Below are positions 35,436-47,220 of a DNA stretch of 64,000 nt, piece after piece. The position numbers were made by a program, and so were the translations under genes. Every line of letters starts with the position of its first letter. Position 1 is the first letter of the stretch. Below the pieces are notes generated by a model. The model ran no database searches. It saw nothing but the letters and a program-made list of their open reading frames with translations, and was not told the DNA's origin. Source of the DNA: Isurus oxyrinchus (taxonomy: Eukaryota); NCBI GenBank assembly GCA_026770705.1, contig JANJGN010000323.1, forward strand, positions 372,001 through 436,000, read 5' to 3'.

Positions 35436-38400
35436 ACACAGACACATGTAGGCACACACATGCATAATTATACACACACAGTCATACACGTACAAACACA
35501 TACACAGGAAAATACACACCCATCTCAAACACACACATATTCACACCCACACATAGACACACACATGCACATACTCTGACTCATGGACAGACGTAGACAC
35601 ACAGACACACGCGCATGCACACACACAGATACATGTGTGCATACACACACAAACACACTCACATGTGCAGTAACACAAACACACACATACACACGCGTGA
35701 GTTCCCTGTCCTCTCTCAGTGCTGCACTGGAGCCTTAGTATGAGTTCCGATTCTGTGTTGGAGGAAGGTAAACTCCAGATCAACAAGACCCTGAATTGGA
35801 TGAGCAACCTACTGAACAGAGAATTGTAGATTTACCCCTCAGTGCTCCATCAATCAAATACAATTCATTGCCTGTCAAGCCCTTTGCGAAATCCTGAGGA
35901 TGTGAAAGCAAGCTTCTTTCATTCTAAATGGACAACACCTCTACTGGTGGGAGAATGCAATTGCAGTGTGACAGTTTACATAGGCAGTGTCCATTAAAAA
36001 TGTGCCATAAGACCTTATCCTGAGGGAAGTTACCTGGAAATGCATTCAGACATCAGATACAGAGACATGATGCATGGCGTCTTGTGCACTATGTTGCTCA
36101 CGTTAAAATCTTTCTATATATATATAGATGCACCATTGAATCTCTCAATTAATTCTCTTGATATGATTAACGCTTCATCGATCAATATAATTGAGGGGAA
36201 TTCTGCAGTGATAATCTGCTCTGTCGAGAGCTTCCCATCTTCCAACCTGACGTGGCGACATCTTAATGTCCCAATGAACAGAACAGGTTCCAACAATGAG
36301 CTGTGGTTGGTGATTCCTCACGTTACATCCAGGGACACTGGAGACTATCAGTGTGTGGCAGAGAATGAACATGGAGCAGTGGAGGGGTTCATAACCATCA
36401 CTGTGGAACGTGAGTTAATGCCAACTCAACATCTCTCGCACACACGCACACACACACACACACACGCGCGCACATACACACACACACACACACACTCATG
36501 TGTAGACACATACATGCACATTTACACACACAGTCATACATGTGCAAAAACATACACGGAAACACACATACACTCAACTCACACGCACACACTCACACAG
36601 GCACACATATAGACATACACATGCACTCACGTTCACTCATGCACAGACGTATACACAAAGACACACAAACATATGCAAAACACATACACACACGCACACA
36701 CAGACACATGTGTGCATACACACACAAACACACTCACATGTGCAGAAACACAAACACAAACACATACACACGCATGAGGTCCCTCTCCTCTCTCAGTGCT
36801 GCACTGGAGTCTTGGTATCAGCTCCGATTCTGTGTTGAAGGAAGGTAAACTCCAGATCAACAAGACCCTGAATTGGATGAGCAACCTCCTGAACAGAGAA
36901 TTGTAGGTTTACCCCTAAGTGCTCCATCGATCAAATACAATCATTGCCTGTCAAGCCCTTGGGGACATCCTGAGGATGTGCAAGTAAGTTTCTTTCATTC
37001 TAGGTGGACAGCGCCTCCACTGGTGGGAGAATGTAACTGTAGTTTGACTGTTTACATAGGCAGTGCCCATTATAAATTTGACAGTGGAAGTTATATGGAG
37101 GGAAAGTATCTGGAAATGCATACAGATATCAGATACAGAGAGATGATGCATGGAGTCTTGCTGTGCATGCTGCTTGCTCACATTAAAAACTTTATTTGTT
37201 TTTAGATGCTCCACAGAATCTCTCAATTAATTCTCTTGATATGATTAACGCTTCATCGATCAATATAATTGAGCGGAATTCTGCAGTGATAATCTGCTCT
37301 GTCGAGAGCTTCCCAGCTTCTAACCTGACGTGGCGACATCTTAATGTCCCAATGAACAGAACAAGTTCCAACAATGAGCTGTGGTTGGTGATTCCTCATG
37401 TTACATCCAGGGACACTGGAGACTATCTGTGTGTGGCAGAGAATGAACATGGAGCAGTGGAGGGATTCATAACCATCACTGTGGAACGTGAGTTAACACA
37501 AGCTTCAACATTACTCTCACATATACACAGACACACTCATACACACACAGACACACACACACACACGTGCACACAAACAAGCAATCATGTGCAATCCCAC
37601 ATGTCCACAGGTGTGTACGCCTGCATGCTCACACACACAGAAGGAAACATACACAGAATCACACGTGTGCTTGCTCACACACACACAGACATGTGTGAGT
37701 TGTCTGTTCTCCCTGTGCTGCACTGGAGTGTTGATCCAGATTCTGCTCTGAAACACTGACGACATCAGCTGAACAAGACCCTGTATTGGACGAGCAGCCC
37801 CCTGCACAGAGAATTGTAGGTTTATCACTCAATACCCCATTATTCTAAAGCAATTCCTCCACTGTCAAATCCCTGTGAACATCCTGATGATGTGAAAGAC
37901 ATTTTCTTTTCTTCTAGCCTGACAGTGTCTCCTCTGGTGGAAGGCTGTAATTACAGCGTGACAGTTTACATATCCACATGCAGCAAGAGCTGAACAACAC
38001 TCAGCTTGGGCTGAGACAATTAATGCATCACAAGCACCAGGCAGTGATCATCTCCAACAAGAGAGAATCTAACCATCTCCCCTTGATGTTCAGTGAGTTT
38101 ACTATCACTGAATCCCCCACAATCAACATCCTGGGGGATGTTAACCAAACAACTAACTGGACCGGCCATAAATACTGTGGCTACAGGAGCCGGTCAGAGG
38201 CTGGGAATTCTGTAGGGGTGAAAAACTCACCACCACCTCCTCAAGGGCAATTAGGGATGGGTAATAAATGCTGGTCTAGATAGATACAGCCACTTCCCAT
38301 GAATGTACAAAAAGAAAAACACCGGCAGTGACCATTAGAAAAGTTGACATAGAAACTTAAAACAGGAAAGAACTCTTGAAATGCACATAGACACCAAATA

Positions 38401-38778
38401 GAGAGAGATGTATCATGGAGTCTTGCTGTGCACTGTGTTTGCTCACAATGAAACCTTTATTTGTATTTAGATGCACCACGGAACCTATCAATTACTTCAC
38501 TTGGTATGATTAACGCTTCATCGATCAATATAATTGAGGGGAATTCTGCAGAGATAATCTGCTCTGTCGAGAGCTTCCCAGCTTCTAACCTGACGTGGCG
38601 ACATCTTAATGTCCCAATGAACAGAACAAGTTCCAACAATGAGCTGTGGTTGGTGATTCCTCACGTTACATCCAGGGACACTGGAGACTATCAGTGTGAG
38701 GCAGAGAATGAACATGGAGCAGTGGAGGGGTTCATGACCATCACTGTGGAACGTGAGTTACTGCAAACTTCAACATCA

Positions 38779-38828
<50 letters not shown>

Positions 38829-41800
38829 TAGGCACACACATGCACACTTATACACACAGTCATACACGTGCAAACACATACAGAGGAATATATATACACA
38901 ACTCACACACACACACACACATTCATGCCCACACATAGACACACACATGCACATTCACTCACTCTTGGACAGGCGTAGACACACAGACATGCGTGCATGC
39001 GCACGCACAGATACATGTGTGCATACACACACAAGCACACTCACTTGTGCAGAAACACAAACACTCACACACTCTCACACATACACAAATATGAGTTCCC
39101 TCTCCCCTCTCAGGGTGCACTGGAGTCTCGGTATCAGCTCTGATTCTGTGTTGAAGGAAGGTAAACTCCAGATCAACAAGTCCCTGAACTGGAGGAGCAA
39201 CCTCCTGAACAGAGAATTGTAGATTTACCCCTCAGTGCTCCATCAATCAAACATTGCCTGTCAAGCCCTTGGCGAAATCCTGAGAATATGAAAGCAAGCT
39301 TCTTTCATTCTAGATTGACAACACCTCTACTGGTGGGAGAATGCAATTGCAGTGTGACAGTTTACATAGGCAGTGTCCATTAAAAATGTGGCATAAGACC
39401 TTATCTTGAGGGAAGTTACCTGAAAATGCATTCAGACATCAGATACAGAGACATGATGCATGGAGTCTTGCTGTGCACCATGTTTGCTCACGTTAAAATC
39501 TTTATATGTTTTTAGATGCACCACGGAATCTCTCAATCAATTCTCTTGATATGATTAATGCTTCATCGATCAATATAATTGAGGGGAATTCTGCAGTGAT
39601 AATCTGCTCTGTCGAGAGCTTCCCAGCTTCTAACCTGACGTGGCGACATCTTAATATCCCAATGAACAGAACAAGTTCCAACAATGAGCTGTGGTTGGTG
39701 ATTCCTCACGTTACATCCAGGGACACTGGAGACTATCAGTGTGTGGCAGAGAATGAACATGGAGCAGTGGAGGGGTCCATAACCATCACTGTGGAACGTG
39801 AGTTACTGCAAACTTCAACATCACTCACACACACATACATACACACACATACACACACACACGCACACACATACACATAAACAGGTGCACGTAAACATGC
39901 GTTCATATTTAATCCCATGTCTGCACAGGTGTGCACGCCTTTATGCTCACACACAGAAGCATACATACAGAATCACACGTGTGCTTGCTCACACACACAC
40001 AGACATGTGTGAGTTGTCTGTTCTCCCTGTGCTGCACTGGAGTGTTGCTCCAGATTCTGCTCTGAAACACTGACGACATCAGCTGAACAAGACCCTGTAT
40101 TGGACGAGCAGCCCCCTGCACAGAGAATTGTAGGTTTATCACTCAATACCCCATTATTCTAAAGCAATTCCTCCACTGTCAAATCCCTGTGAACATCCTG
40201 ATGATGTGAAAGACATTTTCTTTTCTTCTAGCCTGACAGTGTCTCCTCTGGTGGAAGGCTGTAATTACAGCGTGACAGTTTACATATCCACACACAGCAA
40301 GAGTTGAATAACACTCAGTTGGGCTGAGAAATGACAATTAATGTTCATGCCACACAAGTACCAGGGAGAGCTGTTCCTTGTATTGACCCTTGGGATTGTT
40401 AATCCCAACCTGATAGGGCAGAGGGGGCCCAGGTTGTGACTATCAGTGTGTGGCAGAGAATGAACATGGAGCAGTGGAGGGGTTCATAACCATCACTGTG
40501 GAATGTGAGTGTGGAGATACATTTGTTTGTTTGTTGTCTCCGTGGTCTCCGTGGAGCCATTGGGATCGTGTTGTTTTTAATCCAGTTTTCTTCAATCCTC
40601 GCTCAGTCCACGTTATCCACACATCCAATTTTTCCTCTCCCTTTCTGTTTTTGCTCTCAGTTTCTCCTTCAATGGTTGTGAGGACAAGGCTGTCAGGTCT
40701 TCGTTTCCAATCTCCATACTTGACGACCTTTCTCTCTCTAACTGTCCTGAACAACCCTTTTAATTGCTGAACATCTCCTCTTGATCTAAGCCACTCATTG
40801 GTCTTGGTTACATGGATTACTTTGAAATGCAACACTTGTATTCATAAATTGCTTAGAAATGACTAAACATTCAACAGCCAATGAAGCATTATCGAAGTAA
40901 GCTCACTGTTGTAAAGGAGGAAACACAGGTACTGATTTGTACACAGCAAGATCCCACAAACCACCGTGTCTTAATGACCTGATCGGCGATTATTTCAATG
41001 AGGTTGGTTGTTACATGTGTAGAGACTACATACCCTTTAGGGAGGGAAGCATGTCTCGATGTGGATGTGACTCCAGTCTCAGACACCAACATGGTTAACT
41101 CACACCTGCCCTCTGAACTGGTCTCCCAGTTTGGGACAAACCAGTGGTTCAGGAGGAAGACCTCCCACCACCTTCTCAAGGGAAACTAGGGATGGACAAT
41201 AAATGTCAGCATTGCCCGAGAATGAGTATTTAAACACTGAGTGAGTGTATCGCTTCTCGAGATACATCGGAGCATCATTGTAAATCTGTAGTGCAGTAAT
41301 TAATGGCTGTTTTTACAGGTAGAGACTCCAGTAAAGGGACAGTAGGATTGTTCACGGCTGGGATCATGTTGAGTGTTTTCCTGGCTGGAATCTTCATCTT
41401 CATCTGTGTGAGAAAGTAAGTGGGAAGATTTAACTTGATTTTAATATAAACATTTGCTTCAATGTTCTTTCCTGAAGTCGGTGATTGTTTCCCTTGTGTT
41501 AAGCGCCAGATGCCTCTCCGTAACTGGTCTCTTTATCCGTTATGATCCAGACAGTGTTTTTCATTGCCCGTTATCCAGATGAATAATAATCAGTTGCTGT
41601 GATCTGGAAGGTGCTGCCTGAAAGAGCGGTGGAAGCAGGTTCAGTAGGAACTTTCAAAAGGGAAATTGGATAAATACTTGAAGGGGGAACATTTGAAGGG
41701 CTATGGGGGGAAGAGCAGGGGTGGAGGGGGGGTCAAAGATATGGCGTGTTATTATAATGATATTATACCTTAGGCTTATTTACTGTATAAGACAGAAAAC

Positions 41801-43397
41801 ACCAAACACTCATAGGGGATTTGGTGAGAATGTTAATGATTTGTTTATCAGGACTCAGCAGGAGAACAGTTATACATACGGAGAAAGCTTGAAGGCATCA
41901 GAGCTGTGAGTGTGTGCTCTGCTCAAAGCAAAAGTCAAACTGAGATTGGATCACATGACACACTTCCATTATAGTGATGTCACGCTGATACCCCTTATTG
42001 GAACAAGAGACAGTCCAGTCATTGGTGTAAGTTACAGTGTGCTCTGTGTCTGTGCTGCACTGACTCTTTGCTATATGATAACCACAGTGTGATATTGTGT
42101 TATTGCAGGAGAAAGACAGCGATGGAGGAGAGAGTTTCAGGGACCAATTACATTGCATTGACCCTCAGGTCACTCTCTGTGAAGCACCAGGTACAGGAGC
42201 TGTTTACACTCACTCCAAAGCTTCAACCTCAGTGTGTAGACAACACGTATACCAGATTCTCAGCCGGGTTACACACAGATATCGCCCTGTGAAGTGAGCA
42301 ATGGCTCAGTGGTCAGCACTGTCTCTCGCTCCCTGCCTCTGTCTCCCTCCATCACTCGCTCTTTGACCAGAAACCTGAACACAATAATGACAAGGCACCT
42401 GATGTCAGTAGTGAGGGAGTGCTGCACTGTCAGAGGGTCAGTAGTGAGGGAGTGCTGCACTGTCGGAGTGTCAGTACTGAGGGAGTGCTGCACTGTCGGA
42501 GGGTCAGTACTGAGGGTGTGTTGCACTGTCAGAGGATCAGTACTGAGGGAGTGCTGCACTGTCAGAGGGTCAGTACTGAGGGAGTGCTACACTGTCAGAG
42601 GGTCAGTATTGAGGGAGTGCTGCACCGTCAGAGGATCAGTACTGAGGGAGTGCTGCACTGTCAGAGGGTCAGTATTGAGGGAGTGCTGCACTGTCAGAGG
42701 GTCAGTATTGAGGGAGTGCTGCACTGTCAGAATGTCAGTACTGAGGGAATGCTGCACTGTCAGAGGGTCAGCATTGAGGGAGTGCTGCACTGTCAGAGGG
42801 TCAGTACTGAGGGAGTGCTTCACTGACAGAGGGTCAGTACTGAGGGAGTGCTGCACTGTCAGAGGGTCAGCACTGAGGGAGTGCTGCATTGTCAGAGGGT
42901 CAGTACTGAGGGAGTGCTGCACTGTCTGATGGTCAGTATTGAGGGAGTGCTGCACTGTTGGAGTGTGATAGAGATTAAATTATAAAGAGAGAGAGAAAGC
43001 GAGAGAGAAAGAGAGACAGAGAAAGAGAGTGAAAAAAAGGCTTAAACCCACTGAGACACGACTGACACTAATGAGGCTGCACAATAATTTAACCCTATCA
43101 GTGCCAGTAAATGATGTGAGGATGTCTTCTGTTTCCATTTCTCTGTAGGATGAACAGAACTTGCTGATTACTGAGCCCCGGGAAACAACCAGAGACACAA
43201 CTAGTGAGGGGGAGACCCCAGCTCCCCGGGATCTCTCTGAAGGTCCAGTGGGAGGCGATGTTGGACATGGGAACCCCGACAATACCGCCGACCTTCTCTA
43301 CGCCAACATCAACTTTTCAAAGCTGCCCGGCGGTGACAGGACTGTGCACAGGAGCGAGGACACGGAATACGCACAGATCAGGTTCCAGAAAAACTGA
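29887..43397 (+). CDS. Gene C: long Siglec-like inhibitory-type receptor, ~972 aa; join(29887-29926,30788-31156,32016-32312,32532-32624,33281-33562,34223-34504,36128-36409,37206-37487,38471-38752,39516-39797,41319-41415,42109-42190,43149-43397)
   Basis: Exons sum to 2919 nt, open, with consistent phases. V + C2 + mini-exon + 6 intact Ig repeats + TM + tail with TNYIAL, LLYANI and TEYAQI. The exact repeat set spliced in is inferred. Confidence 0.8.
30788..31156 (+). CDS. Gene C Siglec V-set exon
   Basis: Within ORF 30769-31239; essential Arg codon 31093-31095 (YFFRIQ). Confidence 0.92.
32016..32312 (+). CDS. Gene C C2-set exon
   Basis: 297 nt, open, canonical splice sites. Confidence 0.92.
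32532..32624 (+). CDS. Gene C internally deleted stalk mini-exon (31 codons)
   Basis: APQNLSFTSLDMINSSSINIIEGFITITVE; both splice sites intact; 189 nt missing relative to the 282-nt repeat. Confidence 0.65.
33281..33562 (+). CDS. Gene C stalk Ig repeat 1
   Basis: 282 nt, phase 1-1, atag| and C|gtgagt. Confidence 0.85.
34223..34504 (+). CDS. Gene C stalk Ig repeat 2
   Basis: 282 nt, phase 1-1, canonical sites. Confidence 0.85.
35077..35358 (+). pseudogene. Gene C stalk Ig repeat 3 with dead acceptor
   Basis: Open 282-nt repeat, but the acceptor reads tttttaa|ATG instead of tttttag|ATG. Confidence 0.75.
36128..36409 (+). CDS. Gene C stalk Ig repeat 4
   Basis: 282 nt, phase 1-1; acceptor tatatag has a weak pyrimidine tract. 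Confidence 0.75.
37206..37487 (+). CDS. Gene C stalk Ig repeat 5
   Basis: 282 nt, phase 1-1, canonical sites. Confidence 0.85.
37975..38320 (+). mobile_element. CR1/L2-type LINE fragment in a stalk intron
   Basis: MQQELNN…SNKRESNHLPLMF…ITESPTINILG; truncated copy at ~40290-40365. Confidence 0.7.
38471..38752 (+). CDS. Gene C stalk Ig repeat 6
   Basis: 282 nt, phase 1-1, canonical sites. Confidence 0.85.
39516..39797 (+). CDS. Gene C stalk Ig repeat 7
   Basis: 282 nt, phase 1-1, canonical sites. Confidence 0.85.
40438..40504 (+). pseudogene. 3' remnant of a further stalk Ig repeat
   Basis: DYQCVAENEHGAVEGFITITVE|gtgagt with no native acceptor. Confidence 0.75.
40530..40820 (-). mobile_element. 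RTE-clade LINE 3' fragment
   Basis: KYGDWKRRPDSLVLTTIEGETESKNRKG resembles the RTE ORF C-terminus (YFGH..RR..SL….IEG…GKR.RG). Confidence 0.55.
41319..41415 (+). CDS. Gene C transmembrane exon (uncharged)
   Basis: tttacag|; RDSSKGTVGLFTAGIMLSVFLAGIFIFICVRK; AA|gtaagt phase 2. Confidence 0.88.
42109..42190 (+). CDS. Gene C cytoplasmic exon 1 (TNYIAL)
   Basis: ttgcag| phase 2 to CAG|gtacag phase 0; bridges the TM and terminal exon phases exactly. Confidence 0.7.
42400..42962 (-). repeat. 33-bp minisatellite (reverse orientation) in the last intron of C
   Basis: Units of gagggagtgctgcactgtcagagggtcagtact. Confidence 0.95.
43149..43397 (+). CDS. Gene C terminal exon with ITIM-like LLYANI and ITSM TEYAQI
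   Basis: ctgtag| phase 0; ORF 43161-43397; motifs at 43293-43310 and 43362-43379. Confidence 0.88.
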   Translation, partial: DEQNLLITEPRETTRDTTSEGETPAPRDLSEGPVGGDVGHGNPDNTADLLYANINFSKLPGGDRTVHRSEDTEYAQIRFQKN

Positions 43398-43590
43398 GTG
43401 TGAAACAGGGAGCGGGGCTGTGGGGTGTGTGCAGCCAACATGGCCAAATAGTAATGAACACAAATATGATGTTGCTGAACTTATTTTTTATCAATTCTGA
43501 CTGAACTGTCTGAATGCTGCACCTTTTTCCATGCTGTAAAAGATTGTGAGAAGCTTATGAATTATGTATAATTTAACATCTGTTAATACA

Positions 43591-45661
43591 AGGTGAGGTG
43601 AGAGTGACTGTCTTTGACATCAAGGCTGCATTTGACCGAGTGTGGCATCTAGGAGCCCGAGCAAAACTGGAGTCAATGGGAATCAGGGGTGGTACAAAAG
43701 CATAATAATTTGCTTAATATTTTCCTGGTTTGTTGTAAACTAGGTTTATGGGTGTGAGTGTAGATGAGTCTGTCTGTGTGGCTTAATTACATCTGGAGTC
43801 AGGTAGACTGCAAGCTTGAGATTATCAAAAGAAGCTAGATGTAGAAATGTACTTGAAATGCTAATGAGAACACAGGGAGGCTGTGTTAACATGTAAGGTG
43901 TGAAGGGGTTGTTTAGATTTCAAAGGGATGTTGGTCTGTTTGGGACAAGCCCAATAAGCAAAGCTAAGGAGTTTTTTTTTTAATTTTACCCAAACTTCAT
44001 TGACAATATTGGCAACATGAAAGTTTATATTATGGGAAAGGTACAGTTCCAAAGAATTTACACATCAAAGAGTGAGAAACATTTATAAAGGAGAATGAAA
44101 GGCTATGTTGGGGGCCATGTAAGATCTAACAGGAGTGTGTGAAACAGGCTTGAAGAAGCCTCCAGGCATTTGTGCATAAGTCTGTTATGTTCAGTAAATA
44201 AAGTTGGAGAAATCCATTTAGAATTCCAGTGTCAAGTGTGTGCTGTGTTAACTCGCTGGGTTTGTTTTTAATCTAAAATCTTATTTTGGACTGTTGCCTT
44301 AAACGGGCTCTGTAACTGGGAGTCAGGTTAATTAGGAATTTGAGAATTTATTTTAGCTGTAACTAACCGTGGTATTATGTCTGTGCTTGAAATCTTTTAT
44401 TTTGTTAATAAATATCTTAATCCAATTTTTAAAATCTCTAAAGGTTGTGGTCAACTCATTGCTCCTGAATTCAGTGCACGCTTCTTGTAATAAATACAAA
44501 TTGCAAAACTATTGTGATAGCATGACCAATTTTCCCTTGTGGATTTGGAGCACCAAGCACACATCATCTGCCATGTCATATCACAGGGAAAACTCTCCAC
44601 TCGTTGGATTCATACCAAGTACAAAGGAAGGTGGTTGTGGTTGTTGGAGGTCAGTCATCTCAGTTCCAGGACATCACCGCAGGAGTTGCTCAGTGTAGTG
44701 TCCTAGGCCCAACCATCTTCAGCTGCTTCATCAATGACATTCATTCTATCAGATGGTCAGAATTATGGATGGTCGCTGATGATTGCACAACGTTCAACAT
44801 CATTCATGACTCATCAGATGCTGAAGCAGTCCATGTCCAAATGCAGCAAGACCTGGACAATATCCAGGCTTGGCCTGACAAGTGGCAAGTAACATTCATG
44901 CCACACAAGTGCCAGGCAATGACCATCTCCAACCAGAGAGATTATATCCATCTCCCCTTAATGTCCAATAGCATCACCATTGCTGAATCCCACACTATCA
45001 ACACTCTGGGGGTTACCAATGACTAGAAACTGAACTGTACTAGCCATATAAACACTGTGACTACAAGAGCAGGCCAGAGCCTGGGAATCCTGTGGTGAGT
45101 AACTCACCTCCTGACTCCCCAAAGCCTGTCCACCAACCTCAAGGCACAGGTCAGAAGTGATGGAATACTCTCCACTTTCCTAGATGAGTGCAGCTCCAAC
45201 AACACTCAAGAAGCTCGACACCATCCAGGACAAAGCAGCCCCGCTTGATTTGCGCCCCGTCCACAAACATTCTCTCCCTCTACAACTGACGCACAGTGGC
45301 AGCAGTGTGTGTACCATCTACAAGATGCAATGCAGGGAGTCACCAAGCCTCCTTAGACAGCACCTTCCAAACACATGATCACTACCATCTCGAAGGACAA
45401 GGGCAGCAGACACATGGGAACACCACCACCTGGAAGTTCCCCTCCAAGTCACTCACCATCCTGACTTGGAAATATATCACCGTTCCTTCACTGTCGCTGG
45501 GTCAGAATCCTGCAACACCCTCCCAAACAGTTCTGTGGGTGTACCTACACCATAGGGACTGCAGCAGCTCAAGAAGACAGCTCACCCCCATATTCTCAAG
45601 GACAATTAGGGATGGGCAATAAATTCTGGCCTAGCCAGTGTCAGTGAATGAATACAAAAAA
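43591..45661 (+). mobile_element. 5'-truncated CR1/L2-type LINE inserted in the 3' UTR of C, split by a nested insert
   Basis: RT motifs DIKAAFD, GVAQCSVLGP, ADDC; pieces 43591-43689 and 44586-45661; flanks rejoin to match the B 3' region. Confidence 0.85.
43690..44585 (+). mobile_element. Solo-LTR-like insert (TG…CA, ~896 bp)
   Basis: Interrupts the LINE between aatcagggg and gggaaaactc; G-run TSD-like flanks; internal AATAAA. Confidence 0.6.
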
Positions 45662-46099
45662 GAAGCAATTAAAATGCTCTGACATTTCTGTACATTTTTA
45701 TCAAATTAAATACGTACTGTAGTGAATAATTCCATTCTCCAAGGCACCACTTCCTGTTGTCACATGTCCTTCTGATTATTTAAATTCCTGTGTCATTGGT
45801 AATGGAACATTCCCATGTAAACATGTCACACTGTAATTACAGCCTCCTACCAGTGGTGGTGCTTTAGTGTCCTAGTTTTGCTTCTCAGAGACTGGAGGAG
45901 CTGGAAACGTTGTGTTTACAATATAAGTAACACTCAGGAGTGACCAGGGGGATTCTTTTGGCCAAGTTTACGATGTTGCTAAGATACAATGGCCCCGTGG
46001 GATTTTTCCTACTGCGTTTACAAGGTTGAATTGAAGAGAGTTTTGAAGTGTCTGGCACAGTTTTATTAAGATCCCCTCACAACCAATCTGGTGTCACTG

Positions 46100-46285
46100 A
46101 GTTCAGTTCTGGGTCCAGCAGCTTAGGAAGGATATATTGTCCTTGGAGGGGGTGCTGTGCAGAGTCACCAGAACGATCCCGGGTCTGAAAGGGTTAAATC
46201 CCGAGGACAGGTTGCACAGACCAGGCTTGTGTTCCCTCGAGTCTCGAAGATTAAGGGGTGATCTAATCGAGGGGTTTAAGATGAG
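46100..46285 (+). mobile_element. CR1 LINE fragment
   Basis: LEGVLCRVTRTIPGLKGL…RRLRGDLIEGFKM. Confidence 0.75.
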
Positions 46286-47220
46286 CCGTCTCTGTGACCT
46301 TCTTCAACCCTGTGAGTCAGCAATGACAACATGAGTTGATGTTAGCCTGATATGTAGTGCATGGAGGGATATTACTCTCCAGGGTGTGTGTGCATCACAG
46401 TGCTCATTCACATGTGTTCCATGTGCACCTACATCAGCTGTGTAGACATACAAGCCTCAATGCTGCATCCGGGGAATGTGCCATGTCTCACACCTTAGCT
46501 GCAGCACGACCCTTCCCTTGGAGCTCTGTGTGCTCGAGACATATTTTGTTATTTTTTCCTGCCGTCTCTGTGTCCCCCGACCCGGGAGTGAAAATCCGGC
46601 CTTAACTTCCACTTTCTAGTGTCTGAGACAAGAGGCAATGAGTGAGTGGGCTGACGGTCAGGATTAATGCTGTTAATCTGTGTTTGAGGGGCTGTGAATT
46701 CTCGGGGGACTAGTTACTCTCTGAGCTGCAGCTTCCAATTCCTTATTTGATGCCGTGCATGTGGGGTTGGAAGATTCTTTTTAAAACCACAGGCAGTTCA
46801 CAGAAACCCACAGGAAACCCACAGAGAGACAGTCACTGGGAAAGTCACTCACTCCTTGTGGTTTCACCTTTTAACCACATCCTGTCTGTGTGGCTTAAAT
46901 GTTAAACACAGCGGCCAGACTCAGGGAGGTTTCACTCTGTNNNNNNNNNNNNNNNNNNNNNNNNNNNNNNNNNNNNNNNNNNNNNNNNNNNNNNNNNNNN
47001 NNNNNNNNNNNNNNNNNNNNNNNNNNNNNNNNNNNNNNNNNNNNNNNNNNNNNNNNNNNNNNNNNNNNNNNNNNNNNNNNNNNNNNNNNNNNNNNNNNNN
47101 NNCAGACAGACACAAACACACTCACATTCACACACACACACACACATTCACTCACACACTCACTCACACACACAAACACACACACAAAGACAATATCCCA
47201 ACGACAACAAACTGCGATTA

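Noticed and set aside
29887-43397. Assigning the symbol MAG, CD22, SIGLEC1 or SIGLEC15
   Set aside because: Domain number, tail and multi-copy state do not match a clear one-to-one orthologue; a phylogeny is needed.
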